From: Shigella phage vB_SsoM_113
DNA length: 64,000 nucleotides
Strand: one strand, 5' to 3'
Sequence record: LR746311
Both the position numbers and the translations under genes were made by a program. This document shows, piece by piece, positions 28,295 through 45,538 of this stretch (position 1 is its first letter; each line of letters begins with the position of its first letter). Under the pieces are notes generated by a model. The model was not told where the DNA came from, made no database searches, and saw nothing but the letters and a program-made list of their open reading frames with translations.

Positions 28295-29860
28295 TTAGAT
28301 ACCTTTAACATATACACGGCGGAAGTAAGCGTTTTTACCAAGGCTATTCAGAATAGAAGGCATACCGCTCTGGATGCGAGAAGCCGGAGCCTGAGCAGCG
28401 GATTCTGCAAATGGGTTGATACCGATACCGTAACGAGTTTTGAATCCCATTACCGGTTGGAAGTTCTTCGGATCGGAACCACGCAGCGGAGTCAGAGCTA
28501 CATATGGAGCGTAGTAAATACCAGCATCCATTTCGTTCGGACCTTTATAACCTACAGTGAAATAATCCTGTTTAGCATACTGGTCGATATATACACGGTA
28601 TTTACCACCCAGAACACCAGCAAATACTGACTTGGTAGTATCAGTGTTAAAGCCGGTAGCCAGACCCTGTGCAGCATAAGAAATGCCAGTATCAACTGAA
28701 GCCAGAACGTTAACTACGTTACGGGAAGCGATAATGAAGTTACCTTCACCACGACCGGTTTGACGAGCAATTTCAACTGCTTCTTTGTCAATCTGGAACA
28801 ACAGAGCTTTAAAGGATTCACCCGCCCAGCGAGCACCACGAATATCAATTGGATCCTGGAAGTCAAATACACCAGCTTTAGAACCCGGAGTCAGGGTCAT
28901 ACCAGATTTACCAACCTGAGCTGAGTAGTTAATCCAATCAACAACTTCACGGTTGATTTCCAGCATAATTTCGGTAGCCAGAATACCAGACAGTTCAGCA
29001 TCAGCATCCATACCGTGAACAGCGCGGAGGTCTTGTGCTAATTCGATAGAGTAAGCAGCTTTCAGCTGACGAGATTTAGCTTCGATAACTTGTTTATCGA
29101 TACGGAAGCCCATTTCATTCCATGGGTTATCAGTAGAACCGTTGAAACCTTCCTGAAGTTCAGCGATAGAAGTAGCCATACCTTCAGCGATTTCTACCAA
29201 TGCGCCAGCTTCCATTTGTTTCTTAATTTCAGCATCTAATTTAGCTGCATCATCTGCAGTAGAACTAATTGTTACTTGAGCAGAAGCTTGCAGATATACA
29301 GTACCAGTTTCCTGGAAGAAGTGAGTATAGATATCACCTACTTTGGTTTGTGTGCTAGCAGCCAGAGCTGGGAATTTCTTAGCAGCACCCTGACCAGAGA
29401 ACATTGCATCTGGACCATACATTGGGTGGAATGCTTCTTTAGCATCAGCAGCGATTGGGTCTTTACCATATACTGCACGCAGTGCGAATACCTGGCCAGT
29501 CGGGCTATTCATCGGCTGAACACCGCAAATATCGAAAGCAATCAGGTTAGGAATAGCACGACGTACCATACCCATAACAGCTGGGCCAATCTGAGTTACT
29601 GCGCCAGAAGTCTGACCAGCAGCGATGTTAGTAGCGTTGTAACCGTGGTCACCACCGATTTCAGCTTCTGTTAAGAAAGAACCAAATGCCTGGGCGATTT
29701 TTTCGTCTTTGTACTCTGGAGCTGTCTGGAAATCTTTTTCCTGGTTTTCAAAGATTTTAGCGATAATCGCTTGTTTGCTATTAGCAATTTCCGGTAAACC
29801 TTCACCTTCCAGTAATGGCTTCCATTTGTTCAAAAGTTCAGCTTTAGTTTTGATAGTCAT
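28295..29860 (-). CDS. 23: major capsid protein gp23
   Basis: 521 aa; N-terminus MTIKTKAELLNKWKPLLEGEGLPEIANSKQAIIAKIFENQEKDFQ matches T4 gp23 as recalled. Confidence 0.97.
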   Translation of the reverse strand: MTIKTKAELLNKWKPLLEGEGLPEIANSKQAIIAKIFENQEKDFQTAPEYKDEKIAQAFGSFLTEAEIGGDHGYNATNIAAGQTSGAVTQIGPAVMGMVRRAIPNLIAFDICGVQPMNSPTGQVFALRAVYGKDPIAADAKEAFHPMYGPDAMFSGQGAAKKFPALAASTQTKVGDIYTHFFQETGTVYLQASAQVTISSTADDAAKLDAEIKKQMEAGALVEIAEGMATSIAELQEGFNGSTDNPWNEMGFRIDKQVIEAKSRQLKAAYSIELAQDLRAVHGMDADAELSGILATEIMLEINREVVDWINYSAQVGKSGMTLTPGSKAGVFDFQDPIDIRGARWAGESFKALLFQIDKEAVEIARQTGRGEGNFIIASRNVVNVLASVDTGISYAAQGLATGFNTDTTKSVFAGVLGGKYRVYIDQYAKQDYFTVGYKGPNEMDAGIYYAPYVALTPLRGSDPKNFQPVMGFKTRYGIGINPFAESAAQAPASRIQSGMPSILNSLGKNAYFRRVYVKGI

Positions 29861-29878
29861 TTGTGTTAACCTTTAAAA

Positions 29879-30688
29879 TTAGAAACGAGATGCGACTTTC
29901 GCATATACACTTACAATATCTTCTGCACCAGGTGCAGTTTTATCTTCTACAGCTTCAGTGACGAAATTCAGTCCGGCTGCTTCAGTATCAGGAGTATTTA
30001 TACTCTCAGTAATAGTGCTTTCATCTTTATTAGACTTCTTCACCATTTCTACGATGGCACTCAATTTACTTGAGAATGCATCTGAATAATCCATACCTTC
30101 GACCAGAGCAGAGACTTTTTCTTTTTGAGACTCAGTCAGATCTTTAGTACTTTCGCTCAATGCCACTTCACGCTGCACATAATTGATATATGCGTCACGC
30201 TTATTGAGTTCTTCGAACAGACGAGCTGATTCTTCTTTATGTTCTTGCAGCTCTTCTTCCATTTCAGCTACAACATCAACTGATTCTTCTGGAACAACAA
30301 CGTTGTGTTCAACAAAGAGCTCTTTTAATCCACCAAGCATGGATTCAAACAGTTCGGCTTTGATGCCTTTATCAACTGCTAATTTATTTTCAGCGAGCCA
30401 TTCTTTCGCAAGATGGTCGATGAATTTAGAAGCTTGCTCAGCGATTTTCTTCTCAGCTTTTTCTTCGGCTTCTTCTTTATTTTTTTCTACTTCTTCTTCT
30501 GCTTTTTCAGCAATTTTAGCGATATGAGATTCAGCTAATTTAACGGCGTGCTGCTTGACGGTAGCTTCGAATACAGTGCCGAAAGTTTCTTTTGCTTCCG
30601 GAGAAATATTAACTGATTCGAAAATACTATCAAGAGCAACGGAAGCATCAATTTTTTGCGCTTCAGCAATCAGTTGTTCTTTAAGCAT
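29879..30688 (-). CDS. 22: prohead core scaffold protein gp22
   Basis: 269 aa as in T4; highly charged helical, E/K-rich. Confidence 0.9.
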   Translation of the reverse strand: MLKEQLIAEAQKIDASVALDSIFESVNISPEAKETFGTVFEATVKQHAVKLAESHIAKIAEKAEEEVEKNKEEAEEKAEKKIAEQASKFIDHLAKEWLAENKLAVDKGIKAELFESMLGGLKELFVEHNVVVPEESVDVVAEMEEELQEHKEESARLFEELNKRDAYINYVQREVALSESTKDLTESQKEKVSALVEGMDYSDAFSSKLSAIVEMVKKSNKDESTITESINTPDTEAAGLNFVTEAVEDKTAPGAEDIVSVYAKVASRF

Positions 30689-30718
30689 TTTGTAGTCCTG
30701 TTGTTTAGATAATAATAT

Positions 30719-31357
30719 TTATAACGCTTTTTTCATGGCCTCTGCGAGAGCCATATAGGCGTCATCGGCACTTGTATCGGCTTCCGCCGTCTGTGATTCG
30801 GTAATTTCCTTAGGAGTTACCCATGCATCTGGAGCACTTGGACCCCATACTGCATCAACACCTACAGTTAATTTGAATCCTTCGTTTACGATACGATAAC
30901 CTTTATTTGTGTCAGTCAATGAACCTAATCCACGAGAAGAAACTCCTGGAATCCATCCGGCACGAATATTAGCTGCTAATTTATCTCCAGGACCATGGTC
31001 ACCTTCAATAACACGAGCTCGTCCGTATACGTCATTTCCTTTCCACCACATATCTTCTATAATGATAGCGGCTTGCATCGGGTCAACATTAGCGCGTGGA
31101 GGATGATTTAATTCTCCGAGAGCTTGTTTAGTTAAAACTTGCTCATTGATATAGTCTTTTACCGCTTTTTCTAATATGCGTTTTGGATAAAGACGTTTAT
31201 TTCTATTGACGACTTCCGCTTGCATGAATATTCCTTCGATGTATAAACCGGGTTTTAAACCTAGGTCTTTTCCATCATGAGATTCAAGCATTGGCACGCC
31301 ATCAATAATTTCGCCAGGTTGACCCCAAGTTTCAATTAGTAATTGGGGTTCATTCAT
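30719..31357 (-). CDS. 21: prohead core protease gp21
   Basis: 212 aa as in T4; synteny 21-22-23. Confidence 0.92.
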   Translation of the reverse strand: MNEPQLLIETWGQPGEIIDGVPMLESHDGKDLGLKPGLYIEGIFMQAEVVNRNKRLYPKRILEKAVKDYINEQVLTKQALGELNHPPRANVDPMQAAIIIEDMWWKGNDVYGRARVIEGDHGPGDKLAANIRAGWIPGVSSRGLGSLTDTNKGYRIVNEGFKLTVGVDAVWGPSAPDAWVTPKEITESQTAEADTSADDAYMALAEAMKKAL

Positions 31358-31782
31358 TAGCTTAATCCTAATGCTTTACGGCGTTTAAGAGCTTTTTTAC
31401 GCTTACGCTGAGCACGAGATTGACCTGCTGGATTGGCAATCTTCGTTTTGGTAGCTTTGCGAGCAATTTGTCTACGTTTTGCTTTAGACAGCCCGGTGGT
31501 TTGAAATGCATTACGTTCACGCGTTTTGCGGTCTTTGGTACGTGTAATTTCACCACGAGCAGAAACATGTTTAACGATGAATTCATTTAGCGGCATATCT
31601 TCATTAATAGAAGCTAATGCAATTGCTAAATCAGTTTCATCATCAAGCATATTCTCGACAATTGTATTTATATCGTCTTTATTTAAAGCAGAAGACAATT
31701 CGTCAAAGCGACCCTGTGCTTCAGGAATAAGTGCTTCGACATTCTCGAGAACTAATTCATGAGTTTCAGGGATCAGAAGCAT
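31357..31782 (-). CDS. 68: prohead core protein gp68
   Basis: 141 aa as in T4; basic C-terminus. Confidence 0.75.
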   Translation of the reverse strand: MLLIPETHELVLENVEALIPEAQGRFDELSSALNKDDINTIVENMLDDETDLAIALASINEDMPLNEFIVKHVSARGEITRTKDRKTRERNAFQTTGLSKAKRRQIARKATKTKIANPAGQSRAQRKRKKALKRRKALGLS

Positions 31783-32020
31783 TATTCATCATCCTCGTCT
31801 TCGTCATCTTCATCAGAGTCTTTGTCTTTTTTGTCGTCTTTATCATCACTATCTTCGTCATCCTCATCATCAGGTTCTTCACCTTCGATTAAGAAATTAC
31901 GAGCGATAGCGATTTTTTCTTCTTTAATTAAATCAATCGTTCTTGCAGCCATGGCTTCAGCAAATAATTTACGAGCGGCTACGAGGTCGTTTGATTTAAT
32001 AGCTTCAATTAAACCTTCCA

Positions 32021-32021
<1 letters not shown>
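31782..32021 (-). CDS. 67: prohead core protein gp67
   Basis: 79 aa; poly-D/E acidic C-terminal tail. Confidence 0.8.
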
Positions 32022-33646
<1,625 letters not shown>

Positions 33647-33678
33647 TTAAGCAGGATGGGGATTTCTCCCCATTCATT

Positions 33679-34170
33679 TTATTCCCAATAATCGAGAGCG
33701 AGAGTTACTTCAAAGGTTTGGATTTCATTGTTTGAATCCCAATCTAATTGAAGTTCACCCACGTTAGTAGGCCACAGGCCTTTAATTTCGACTTCTTTTG
33801 TTACAGTTTTAGCATCACGAGCATATTGGCGAACAACAGCGCTCTTTTTATACTCTGCTGGTTTTCCACCAGTAATTTCGTTCCCTTGCCCAGCAGCAAT
33901 GCTTTGCCAATCAACAAACTTCTGGCGAGCATCATGTGCCTCATCGTTCATTACCGTAACAGTCCAGTCATCGAATGTACGATCGCCTGCTACGTTAATT
34001 TTACGGTTCATAAAACCGACTGGAATTTTTTCTACAATACCAGCTGGTAAAGCAGTGGCTTTACATTGAAACGTAAAATTTTGTCCAAGATAAGAAATTT
34101 CTACTTGGAATAAGTTAGGTCGAGCAAAATCACCAGATTCAAACGCTCGTGTTACATCATCTACAAACAT
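33679..34170 (-). CDS. 19: tail tube protein gp19
   Basis: 163 aa as in T4. Confidence 0.92.
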   Translation of the reverse strand: MFVDDVTRAFESGDFARPNLFQVEISYLGQNFTFQCKATALPAGIVEKIPVGFMNRKINVAGDRTFDDWTVTVMNDEAHDARQKFVDWQSIAAGQGNEITGGKPAEYKKSAVVRQYARDAKTVTKEVEIKGLWPTNVGELQLDWDSNNEIQTFEVTLALDYWE

Positions 34171-34184
34171 ATTAGCCTCTGTAG

Positions 34185-34192
34185 TATTTATA
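34185..34192 (-). promoter_or_regulatory. late promoter for gene 19
   Basis: + strand TATTTATA about 15 nt upstream of the gene 19 start. Confidence 0.45.
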
Positions 34193-34243
34193 TCCCTATG
34201 TTTAACCTAGGGCATATAGAATTAAAGAATTAAGGATATAGTG

Positions 34244-34251
34244 TATTTATA
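34244..34251 (-). promoter_or_regulatory. second late promoter motif upstream of gene 19, downstream of the HNH ORF
   Basis: + strand TATTTATA between the HNH stop (34278) and the gene 19 start. Confidence 0.4.
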
Positions 34252-34277
34252 TGGCCTGCCGAAACAGGCCTTTAGAA

Positions 34278-34835
34278 TCATTCTAGTAAATCCCAAAGAT
34301 CTACGCTATTTCTTTTTGACTTTTCTCGGTTAGATTCCCAAGTGATTATTTCTAAATTTTTTACGCTTGCTATAATTTCCGGCGGAATTAAATTATCAAA
34401 TCCATATTTGATAGATACTTTATGATCAAGTTGGTAAGCACCTTCTACGCCGCACACTCCTATTTTATCAGCATTCGGCCATTTTGACCAAATTTTTCTT
34501 ATTTTAGCTGACTTAGTTATAGAATGAACTCTACTAGCATATAATGCAAACTCTTTTCTTTTACCAGTCCATCGAGGATGTTTATCGCCTCTTTGCCATG
34601 GTCTGCTTATTCCAGATTGAACTTCCGAATTTTTAATAGCAACCTGTTTAATGCTACATTTTCTACATGCATGTGTGGGTGTTCTATTTAAAAGCTGAAT
34701 GCTTCTACTAAATTTAATACCACACAAATCACATTTAGCGTCAACTATTTTATTACTATTCTTTGGCATTAATTCTATTGGAACAGATATTGTATCATGA
34801 TATGATACTTTATATCCCAGAATTGTCGACCACAT
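34278..34835 (-). CDS. HNH homing endonuclease inserted between genes 18 and 19
   Basis: C-terminal HNH motif (QLDHKVSIKYGFDNL...EIITWESN) and Cys-rich zinc-binding segment (CDLCG...CRKCS). The track ORF extends to a TTG at 34919 inside the gene 18 terminator hairpin; I prefer the internal ATG (residue 29 of the track ORF). Start uncertain. Confidence 0.7.
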   Translation of the reverse strand: MWSTILGYKVSYHDTISVPIELMPKNSNKIVDAKCDLCGIKFSRSIQLLNRTPTHACRKCSIKQVAIKNSEVQSGISRPWQRGDKHPRWTGKRKEFALYASRVHSITKSAKIRKIWSKWPNADKIGVCGVEGAYQLDHKVSIKYGFDNLIPPEIIASVKNLEIITWESNREKSKRNSVDLWDLLE

Positions 34836-34892
34836 TTTTGAATGATTTCTTGGTTTTATTGTAACAAACTTAGAAATAATCACTTGTTTCCT

Positions 34893-34908
34893 CGAGAATA
34901 GGGGGCCG
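34893..34908 (-). terminator. stem-loop downstream of gene 18
   Basis: GGGGGC-CGAA-GCCCC immediately after the gp18 stop. Confidence 0.45.
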
Positions 34909-34923
34909 AAGCCCCACAATCAA

Positions 34924-36903
34924 TTAACCTGCAAGACCAGTTAACTCATCGAAATCTGCACCAGTAGCAGTTGCGACGAAATTAAGTTGGATATAATTTA
35001 TACTACGAGCCGGTTGAATGTAGAATGTTGCAACAAACTCATTTCTATCAATTACTGACGGAGTGTTATTTGTTGTATCGCAAACTACACGATATTCATA
35101 AATTCCACCGAGAGCTTTAATTCCCTGTAAGTATTGGGCAGTTTCTGTGCGGAATGATGAACGAGTAAACGCGTTGTTTAATTCGAACAAACGATATTTT
35201 GAACTACGTCCGATATTCGTTTTCAACATATTAAACAGACGACGAACGTTAATACGATCAAATGGAGAAGGAACAGAAGTAGCTGTTTTATCACCATACA
35301 GTACGTAACCATCACCACCTGTACCAGTTACTGGGTTGATAGCTTCTTGATATAAACGGTCGCGCTGAGCTTGGCGAGTTTCAATAGCAAGTTTAATAAC
35401 GTTAAGAATCTGGCCACGATTATAACCAGCTGGAGACATCCAAGTCTGAGAAACGTTATCAGTTCTCGCGCATAAACCAGCAATATCAGCTGCTAATGGA
35501 ACCCAACGATTCACATCATTATATTTGTCATACTGATACTTGTAGTTACCATCGATTGCTGCATAGGTTGAACTGATATTAAAGTTATTATCAGTGTATG
35601 AACCTGCTGCGGTTCTCCAATTGACTAAGTTATCAACAGCGCGAGTTACAGGAATTCCAACTACAGTTTCGCGCGGCGGTGAGCACAGTACTAGGCAATC
35701 TTGGCGAGCATCTCCAATTGAAACGACGTGTTTTTGGACAGTAGATGCTGTTTCTAAAGATTCACCGGCACAAGAACCCGCAATAAACAACTGAACGTCA
35801 ACAGATTCGCGGTCAGCAAAGAAGTCCCAAGCTTCCATCAAATCTCCTGCTGTTACTTCAGCATTTGATGATAATCCACCAGACAGAGTTAAAATTCCAG
35901 AGAAGCCTTCTGGCCAGTTTTGCGCAGTTGCGAAAATATATTCTGAACCACCTTTTGCGAAAAAGTCATCAATATAGATGTTACTATCGTAAATATCTTT
36001 TTCACCTCGCTTTGTCGAAAGAACAACGCTTTGAACAATAGCATCGTTGCGACGAACTATAATAGCGTATTGTGAATCAGTTTGTGGTCCATATCCAAAC
36101 ACTGCTTTGGCAGTAGATGCGCGTGTTCCGCCACCTGGATAAATTGGAAGTAATGCAGAAGCACCTTTTGCGTAGTCAGCTTTAGATACGATTTCAATTT
36201 CGATTTTATCGCCCAACTCGCCTGGATAAAGAGCTACTACTCCAGGAATTCCATATTTTTCGAGATTTGCCTGAAAGTCAACAGCTGTCATAGCAGCTTC
36301 GGCATTTTCAATTTCAGCTAATAAAATACCAGAATCAGTAATAATTTTTCCAAGAGTTATTACTGCAGCTAAACCAGAGGAAGACGAAGAAATTTCCGCG
36401 GTCCAATTAGAACCTAATGCTGGATATTCGCCTACTTCTTTTGCTTTAGCGATAATTTTTGCGGTAGGAATATTAATTTTCTTAATTTTTCCATCAGCAT
36501 CTACTTCGGTAACTTTACATTCTGTTTCAACATCTTCTGAAACATACTTAACCGTGATTTTATCTCCAACCGCGTAGTTACTACCTGGGGTAGAAATAGT
36601 GTATTCAATATTACCGGCAATCGGAGATGAGTTTTTAGCGGTATCTCTATCGACAGCACGCACGACTCGCAAATCATTTCCATATTGTAAGAAATTCATT
36701 GCAGACATAAAATAGTCAGCAGTTTCAGCTGTAGGTTGACCAAAAGTATTAACTAAATCTACTTCATTTGTAACCTGTTTAATTTGAAAAGCAGGACCCC
36801 ACTGGAATTTACCGGCCAAAGCTGCTGTACCAGTAGAGTTATTAACCACGGTGCTTTGAACCGTAGTTTCTTTGAGCTCAATGCCCGGAGATAATAAAGT
36901 CAT
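34924..36903 (-). CDS. 18: tail sheath protein gp18
   Basis: 659 aa as in T4. Confidence 0.95.
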   Translation of the reverse strand: MTLLSPGIELKETTVQSTVVNNSTGTAALAGKFQWGPAFQIKQVTNEVDLVNTFGQPTAETADYFMSAMNFLQYGNDLRVVRAVDRDTAKNSSPIAGNIEYTISTPGSNYAVGDKITVKYVSEDVETECKVTEVDADGKIKKINIPTAKIIAKAKEVGEYPALGSNWTAEISSSSSGLAAVITLGKIITDSGILLAEIENAEAAMTAVDFQANLEKYGIPGVVALYPGELGDKIEIEIVSKADYAKGASALLPIYPGGGTRASTAKAVFGYGPQTDSQYAIIVRRNDAIVQSVVLSTKRGEKDIYDSNIYIDDFFAKGGSEYIFATAQNWPEGFSGILTLSGGLSSNAEVTAGDLMEAWDFFADRESVDVQLFIAGSCAGESLETASTVQKHVVSIGDARQDCLVLCSPPRETVVGIPVTRAVDNLVNWRTAAGSYTDNNFNISSTYAAIDGNYKYQYDKYNDVNRWVPLAADIAGLCARTDNVSQTWMSPAGYNRGQILNVIKLAIETRQAQRDRLYQEAINPVTGTGGDGYVLYGDKTATSVPSPFDRINVRRLFNMLKTNIGRSSKYRLFELNNAFTRSSFRTETAQYLQGIKALGGIYEYRVVCDTTNNTPSVIDRNEFVATFYIQPARSINYIQLNFVATATGADFDELTGLAG

Positions 36904-36931
36904 TTTTAATCCTCTTTAATATGCTTTAATA

Positions 36932-40072
<3,141 letters not shown>

Positions 40073-40113
40073 GATTTCTCCTAATCTGGGCTTTAATTAG
40101 TTTATAATATTTA

Positions 40114-41815
<1,702 letters not shown>

Positions 41816-41827
41816 TTAAAATCCTTT

Positions 41828-41843
41828 GGGGCCTTGCGGCCCC
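41828..41843 (-). terminator. stem-loop after wac
   Basis: GGGGCC-TTGC-GGCCCC between the wac stop and the gene 13 start. Confidence 0.45.
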
Positions 41844-41846
41844 ATG

Positions 41847-43304
41847 TTATGCTGGTGATAAAAAGGTAGAAAGTAATACCCATTCGCCGTCTTTACGAAC
41901 GTAAGCTTGGCCATCTTTTGGAGCTTCAGGAATATAACCTGCTTCTTGTAGATCTTGAACGCTACTCTGTAAAGAGGATATATTTTCTTTAACTGTATTT
42001 ACTTCCTGTGTGACTGCCGCAATGTTAGTTTCATTCGTTTTTACAGAATTAGTTAATCCTCGTTCTTCAACAGTTGATCCGTCAGGATTATTTCCATTTA
42101 TAAGTGAAGTAAGTTCAATAACTTGACCTTTAATTCCTGTTCTATTATTTCCTATTTCAACTTGTATATTTTGAACATTATTGTTTAAAACTGAAACTTC
42201 TCCTTCAATCACTGAAACTTTATTTAATAGAGATCCAGAAGGAGACGGTTGTCCTCCACTGGAGTCAGTTCCAACAATTTGATTTAACCACGAAACATTT
42301 GCTCTTAAACCAGACGAAGTGTTTTCACCGACAATTCCATTTAAAGACTCAATAGAAGTTGTGTGATTTTTAATTTTTCCTTTAATACTAGAAGGAATAT
42401 CATCTGAACCTATAGAAGTTTCAATAGCCGTTAAGCGCTGTTTAACACCTTCACTCTGATTTAATTCATTATTAATAGCTTCAATGCTACTTTTGTTATT
42501 ATTAATTTCTGTTATTATAGAAACATTTTCTGGGTATCCAATAGAAGATTTAATTTCTGCTATATCAGAAATTATTAAAGTTTGTTTATCATCTATGGTG
42601 TTTAATCTATTATAAATATTTGGCCCAAAATCTACCGGTTTATTACCAAGTTCATCGCGTAATTTACCAACTTCAACAGTTAATGATCCTACGTCAGATT
42701 CAGTAAATTTAGTTTCTAATTCGCTTAAACGAATGCCTTGTGAAGATAATAACGTACTATTTGTTATTATTCTGTGTTTCATTCCTGTGCTAGCATTACC
42801 AACAACAGGAAGACCGTTAATGTCTTGACCAGAATATTGTCCTAATTCCTGTTTAATCCACAATAAATCATTTCTAATTGTTCTGTAAACAGAGTTTTCT
42901 TCATCATTAAATGGACCTATATCAGCAATAATTTTGTCAACTGTATTATTAGTTCCAGTTAATATATCAGTGTGTTCATTAGTAAGTGTCTTTAAATTTG
43001 ATATGTCATTTTTATTAACACTGATCTGTGCTAGTGCTTCTATATCTCCTGATACATCTAAAACTCCTTGAATTGTTTTAATATCTTTCTGTGATGTTTC
43101 AATGGCAGTTTTAAGAATTCCCACATTTTCATCAAGAACTTCGACATTTTTAAACACGGAAACAATAGGTCTATTCATTGATCCATCATTTCCATACTTA
43201 GTACTAGCTCCTAATATTTCTTCACCATTTTTAATCCATGAAATACGCTCTTGACCTTCGTCAGGAGCGCTATCAACAAAAGGTAACTCTTTTAATTCAA
43301 TCAT
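41847..43304 (-). CDS. wac: fibritin (whisker antigen control)
   Basis: 485 aa (T4: 487); long heptad-repeat coiled coil; C-terminal foldon-like [27 protein letters not shown]. Confidence 0.93.
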   Translation of the reverse strand: MIELKELPFVDSAPDEGQERISWIKNGEEILGASTKYGNDGSMNRPIVSVFKNVEVLDENVGILKTAIETSQKDIKTIQGVLDVSGDIEALAQISVNKNDISNLKTLTNEHTDILTGTNNTVDKIIADIGPFNDEENSVYRTIRNDLLWIKQELGQYSGQDINGLPVVGNASTGMKHRIITNSTLLSSQGIRLSELETKFTESDVGSLTVEVGKLRDELGNKPVDFGPNIYNRLNTIDDKQTLIISDIAEIKSSIGYPENVSIITEINNNKSSIEAINNELNQSEGVKQRLTAIETSIGSDDIPSSIKGKIKNHTTSIESLNGIVGENTSSGLRANVSWLNQIVGTDSSGGQPSPSGSLLNKVSVIEGEVSVLNNNVQNIQVEIGNNRTGIKGQVIELTSLINGNNPDGSTVEERGLTNSVKTNETNIAAVTQEVNTVKENISSLQSSVQDLQEAGYIPEAPKDGQAYVRKDGEWVLLSTFLSPA

Positions 43305-43313
43305 TTGTAATCC

Positions 43314-44864
43314 TTAGTAATGAATTTTAATAATATAGTTTAATGATATATTCCATGGTCTAGTTTCATAACCAATTAATCCTTCACGATTAAGTGTACC
43401 ATGAGCATCTCTCGGTCCACCTAATTCAAATCCATCATTAGTGAAGTATGAAGCATTATCCCAGTCGGAATATTTTCTAGTTCCAAGATATCCTTGATAA
43501 ACTGACGCGCCAAATGGGCCTTCACTTCTGTTATATTCTCCCCAACCACCGGCGTGTTTATGGTATGACATTTGTTGTGCCTGGACACCACCAACATGCA
43601 TTCCGTCACATCCTACACCAAGTCTATCCTTTCCATAACCATCTTGTCCTCGTTGATTTAAAATATGACCGCCAGTACCGGCTCCTCTGACGAAAAGACC
43701 TCGCATATCAGGAATACCAGGATTATTCCAATCACCACCAAATCTTGATCCAACTACGTTTCTATAATCAGGAAATTGGTCACCTGACACGGTTCCACCG
43801 TGACACATAATCCAACCTGGAGGTGCTGAATCACCCGCAAACATCATAATAGTTCCAACTGGAACCCTTTCGGACGCATATCTTTCAGTGGCAACAGGTT
43901 GATCGCCATTTTTCCACATTCCACCGCGTGACCAAATTCCATTTGCTGTAAGATGGTCTAAATTTAAAGAACCATTAATAGTTTGTCCACCACGAGTATT
44001 AATTACATCTGCGTTCCATGCTAATGCTCCAGAGCTATCACCTTCAGGGGCAATACCGGCTTGCGTCGTTAATTTAACTACTCCACGCATAGAACCGGTA
44101 GCTCCTCGACCATTTAGTGTTTCACCTGTTACTGCAACACCACCCAAATTATTATTAATTTCAGTCTGCGTTCCTAGGCGTATAACACCCTTATATTCAT
44201 GTGTTGCAACAGAATTCATAAAGGTATACGGGGAAATTGCATATCCTTCGCGGAGAGTTCCTTGACGAATTTGTGCAACAGTAGATAATTGAACTACTCC
44301 TCTCACCGATTCTGTTGCAGTGTCTTCTGAAGGAGCTATTTGCGAAATTAATTTTATTGCAAGTTTTTGGGTTTTTAGCGGAGTCATCGCAGTAGTATCA
44401 TCAACTCCAGCCAAAGCTGCAGGTGTAGATGATATTTTAATAACCCCGTTTGATGACTCAGACGAATATCTATTTTTGAACACATCGTCAGTGTGGTATT
44501 TCAGTTTTTGTGGTGTTATTGATGAATTATTATCTGAGCCTTTTAATGTTTCTTCATTTGTTGAATAACGCGTTAAACCATATTTAGTTTCAGTAGCATT
44601 TGGATACAATAATCTTGTTGCTAATGTAGCTGGTGTAACGATTTTAGAATTATTAGTTCCATCTAAAACCTCTTGTTCTGACGCAATCATTGCTATTCCT
44701 TTAACTTCCATAGTTGCATCAGGAATACCATTTACGCCGATATTACTTATTTTTGATAATGCAGACTGTACTGTCGTAACAGTGCCAGGAAAATTCGATC
44801 CAGTAGGATCGAATTTAACATATTTTGATTCATTTGATACGTGCTGATATGTATTGTTACTCAT
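43314..44864 (-). CDS. 12: short tail fibre protein gp12
   Basis: 516 aa (T4: 527); synteny. Confidence 0.88.
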   Translation of the reverse strand: MSNNTYQHVSNESKYVKFDPTGSNFPGTVTTVQSALSKISNIGVNGIPDATMEVKGIAMIASEQEVLDGTNNSKIVTPATLATRLLYPNATETKYGLTRYSTNEETLKGSDNNSSITPQKLKYHTDDVFKNRYSSESSNGVIKISSTPAALAGVDDTTAMTPLKTQKLAIKLISQIAPSEDTATESVRGVVQLSTVAQIRQGTLREGYAISPYTFMNSVATHEYKGVIRLGTQTEINNNLGGVAVTGETLNGRGATGSMRGVVKLTTQAGIAPEGDSSGALAWNADVINTRGGQTINGSLNLDHLTANGIWSRGGMWKNGDQPVATERYASERVPVGTIMMFAGDSAPPGWIMCHGGTVSGDQFPDYRNVVGSRFGGDWNNPGIPDMRGLFVRGAGTGGHILNQRGQDGYGKDRLGVGCDGMHVGGVQAQQMSYHKHAGGWGEYNRSEGPFGASVYQGYLGTRKYSDWDNASYFTNDGFELGGPRDAHGTLNREGLIGYETRPWNISLNYIIKIHY

Positions 44865-45538
44865 GCTACTCTCTCAAAATAATAAAATACTGTAGGTTGT
44901 GTGTGACTATCTAGCGTAACAGTTTGCGCACCTAATAATTGCCAAGTTCCATACCCAGGTTTAGAAGGAGAAATTATTTCCTGTTTGAAAGTAATTCCTT
45001 TATCAGAGTATTGTTCTAAGATATGTTCTTGGTTATCTAAATACTTAACTTGTATTTTATTTCCTATGGTAGGATGGTCTTCAAATGAATCAATTGCAAT
45101 AAATTTTACAACCATTTCCTGTAGAGCTATTCTAACGGCACTAGTAAATTCAATTGAAGTCATTCCATTAGTAGCTTTAACTGGAATACCAAACATGTTA
45201 ACAATAACTGGGTCACCTGATTTGACTGAAGTATCAGTAACAGTTCCTTCAAATGACCAATAGTCGGTTTGTTGCACGCCAGTAGGAGATACGCCGCTTA
45301 TATTAACTAATACAGCTCCAACCGGTTGCTCTGCCATATTTCTAACGTCATTGATAGCAGATTCTACATTTGAATCATAAAAACCTTTTGATATTTGTGA
45401 AATTGTTACAGCGCCTACTGGCTGATTATTCATAATCGAAATATCATTTTTCTTAGTTCTAAAACCAAGAAAATCCGCTAAGCGGGAAATAACTCCCGCT
45501 TTATTATTAAGTAAACTCATTATGCAATCCTTATCCAA
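44861..45538 (-). CDS. 11: baseplate wedge / short tail fibre attachment protein gp11
   Basis: 225 aa (T4: 219); synteny. Confidence 0.85.
   Translation of the reverse strand: MDKDCIMSLLNNKAGVISRLADFLGFRTKKNDISIMNNQPVGAVTISQISKGFYDSNVESAINDVRNMAEQPVGAVLVNISGVSPTGVQQTDYWSFEGTVTDTSVKSGDPVIVNMFGIPVKATNGMTSIEFTSAVRIALQEMVVKFIAIDSFEDHPTIGNKIQVKYLDNQEHILEQYSDKGITFKQEIISPSKPGYGTWQLLGAQTVTLDSHTQPTVFYYFERVA

Noticed and set aside
30183-30527. Ser-rich + strand ORF antisense to gp22, and a similar Ser-rich ORF 31759..32070 antisense to gp67
   Set aside because: Low-complexity translation produced by reading the complement of GAA/GAT-rich acidic coding sequence; the opposite-strand genes are well supported.
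34278-34919. Apparent compensating frameshifts inside the HNH ORF when I translated by hand (near 34380 and 34858)
   Set aside because: Both fall in homopolymer runs where my manual base counting is unreliable; the ORF track reports one continuous 213-codon frame, so I treat the gene as intact.
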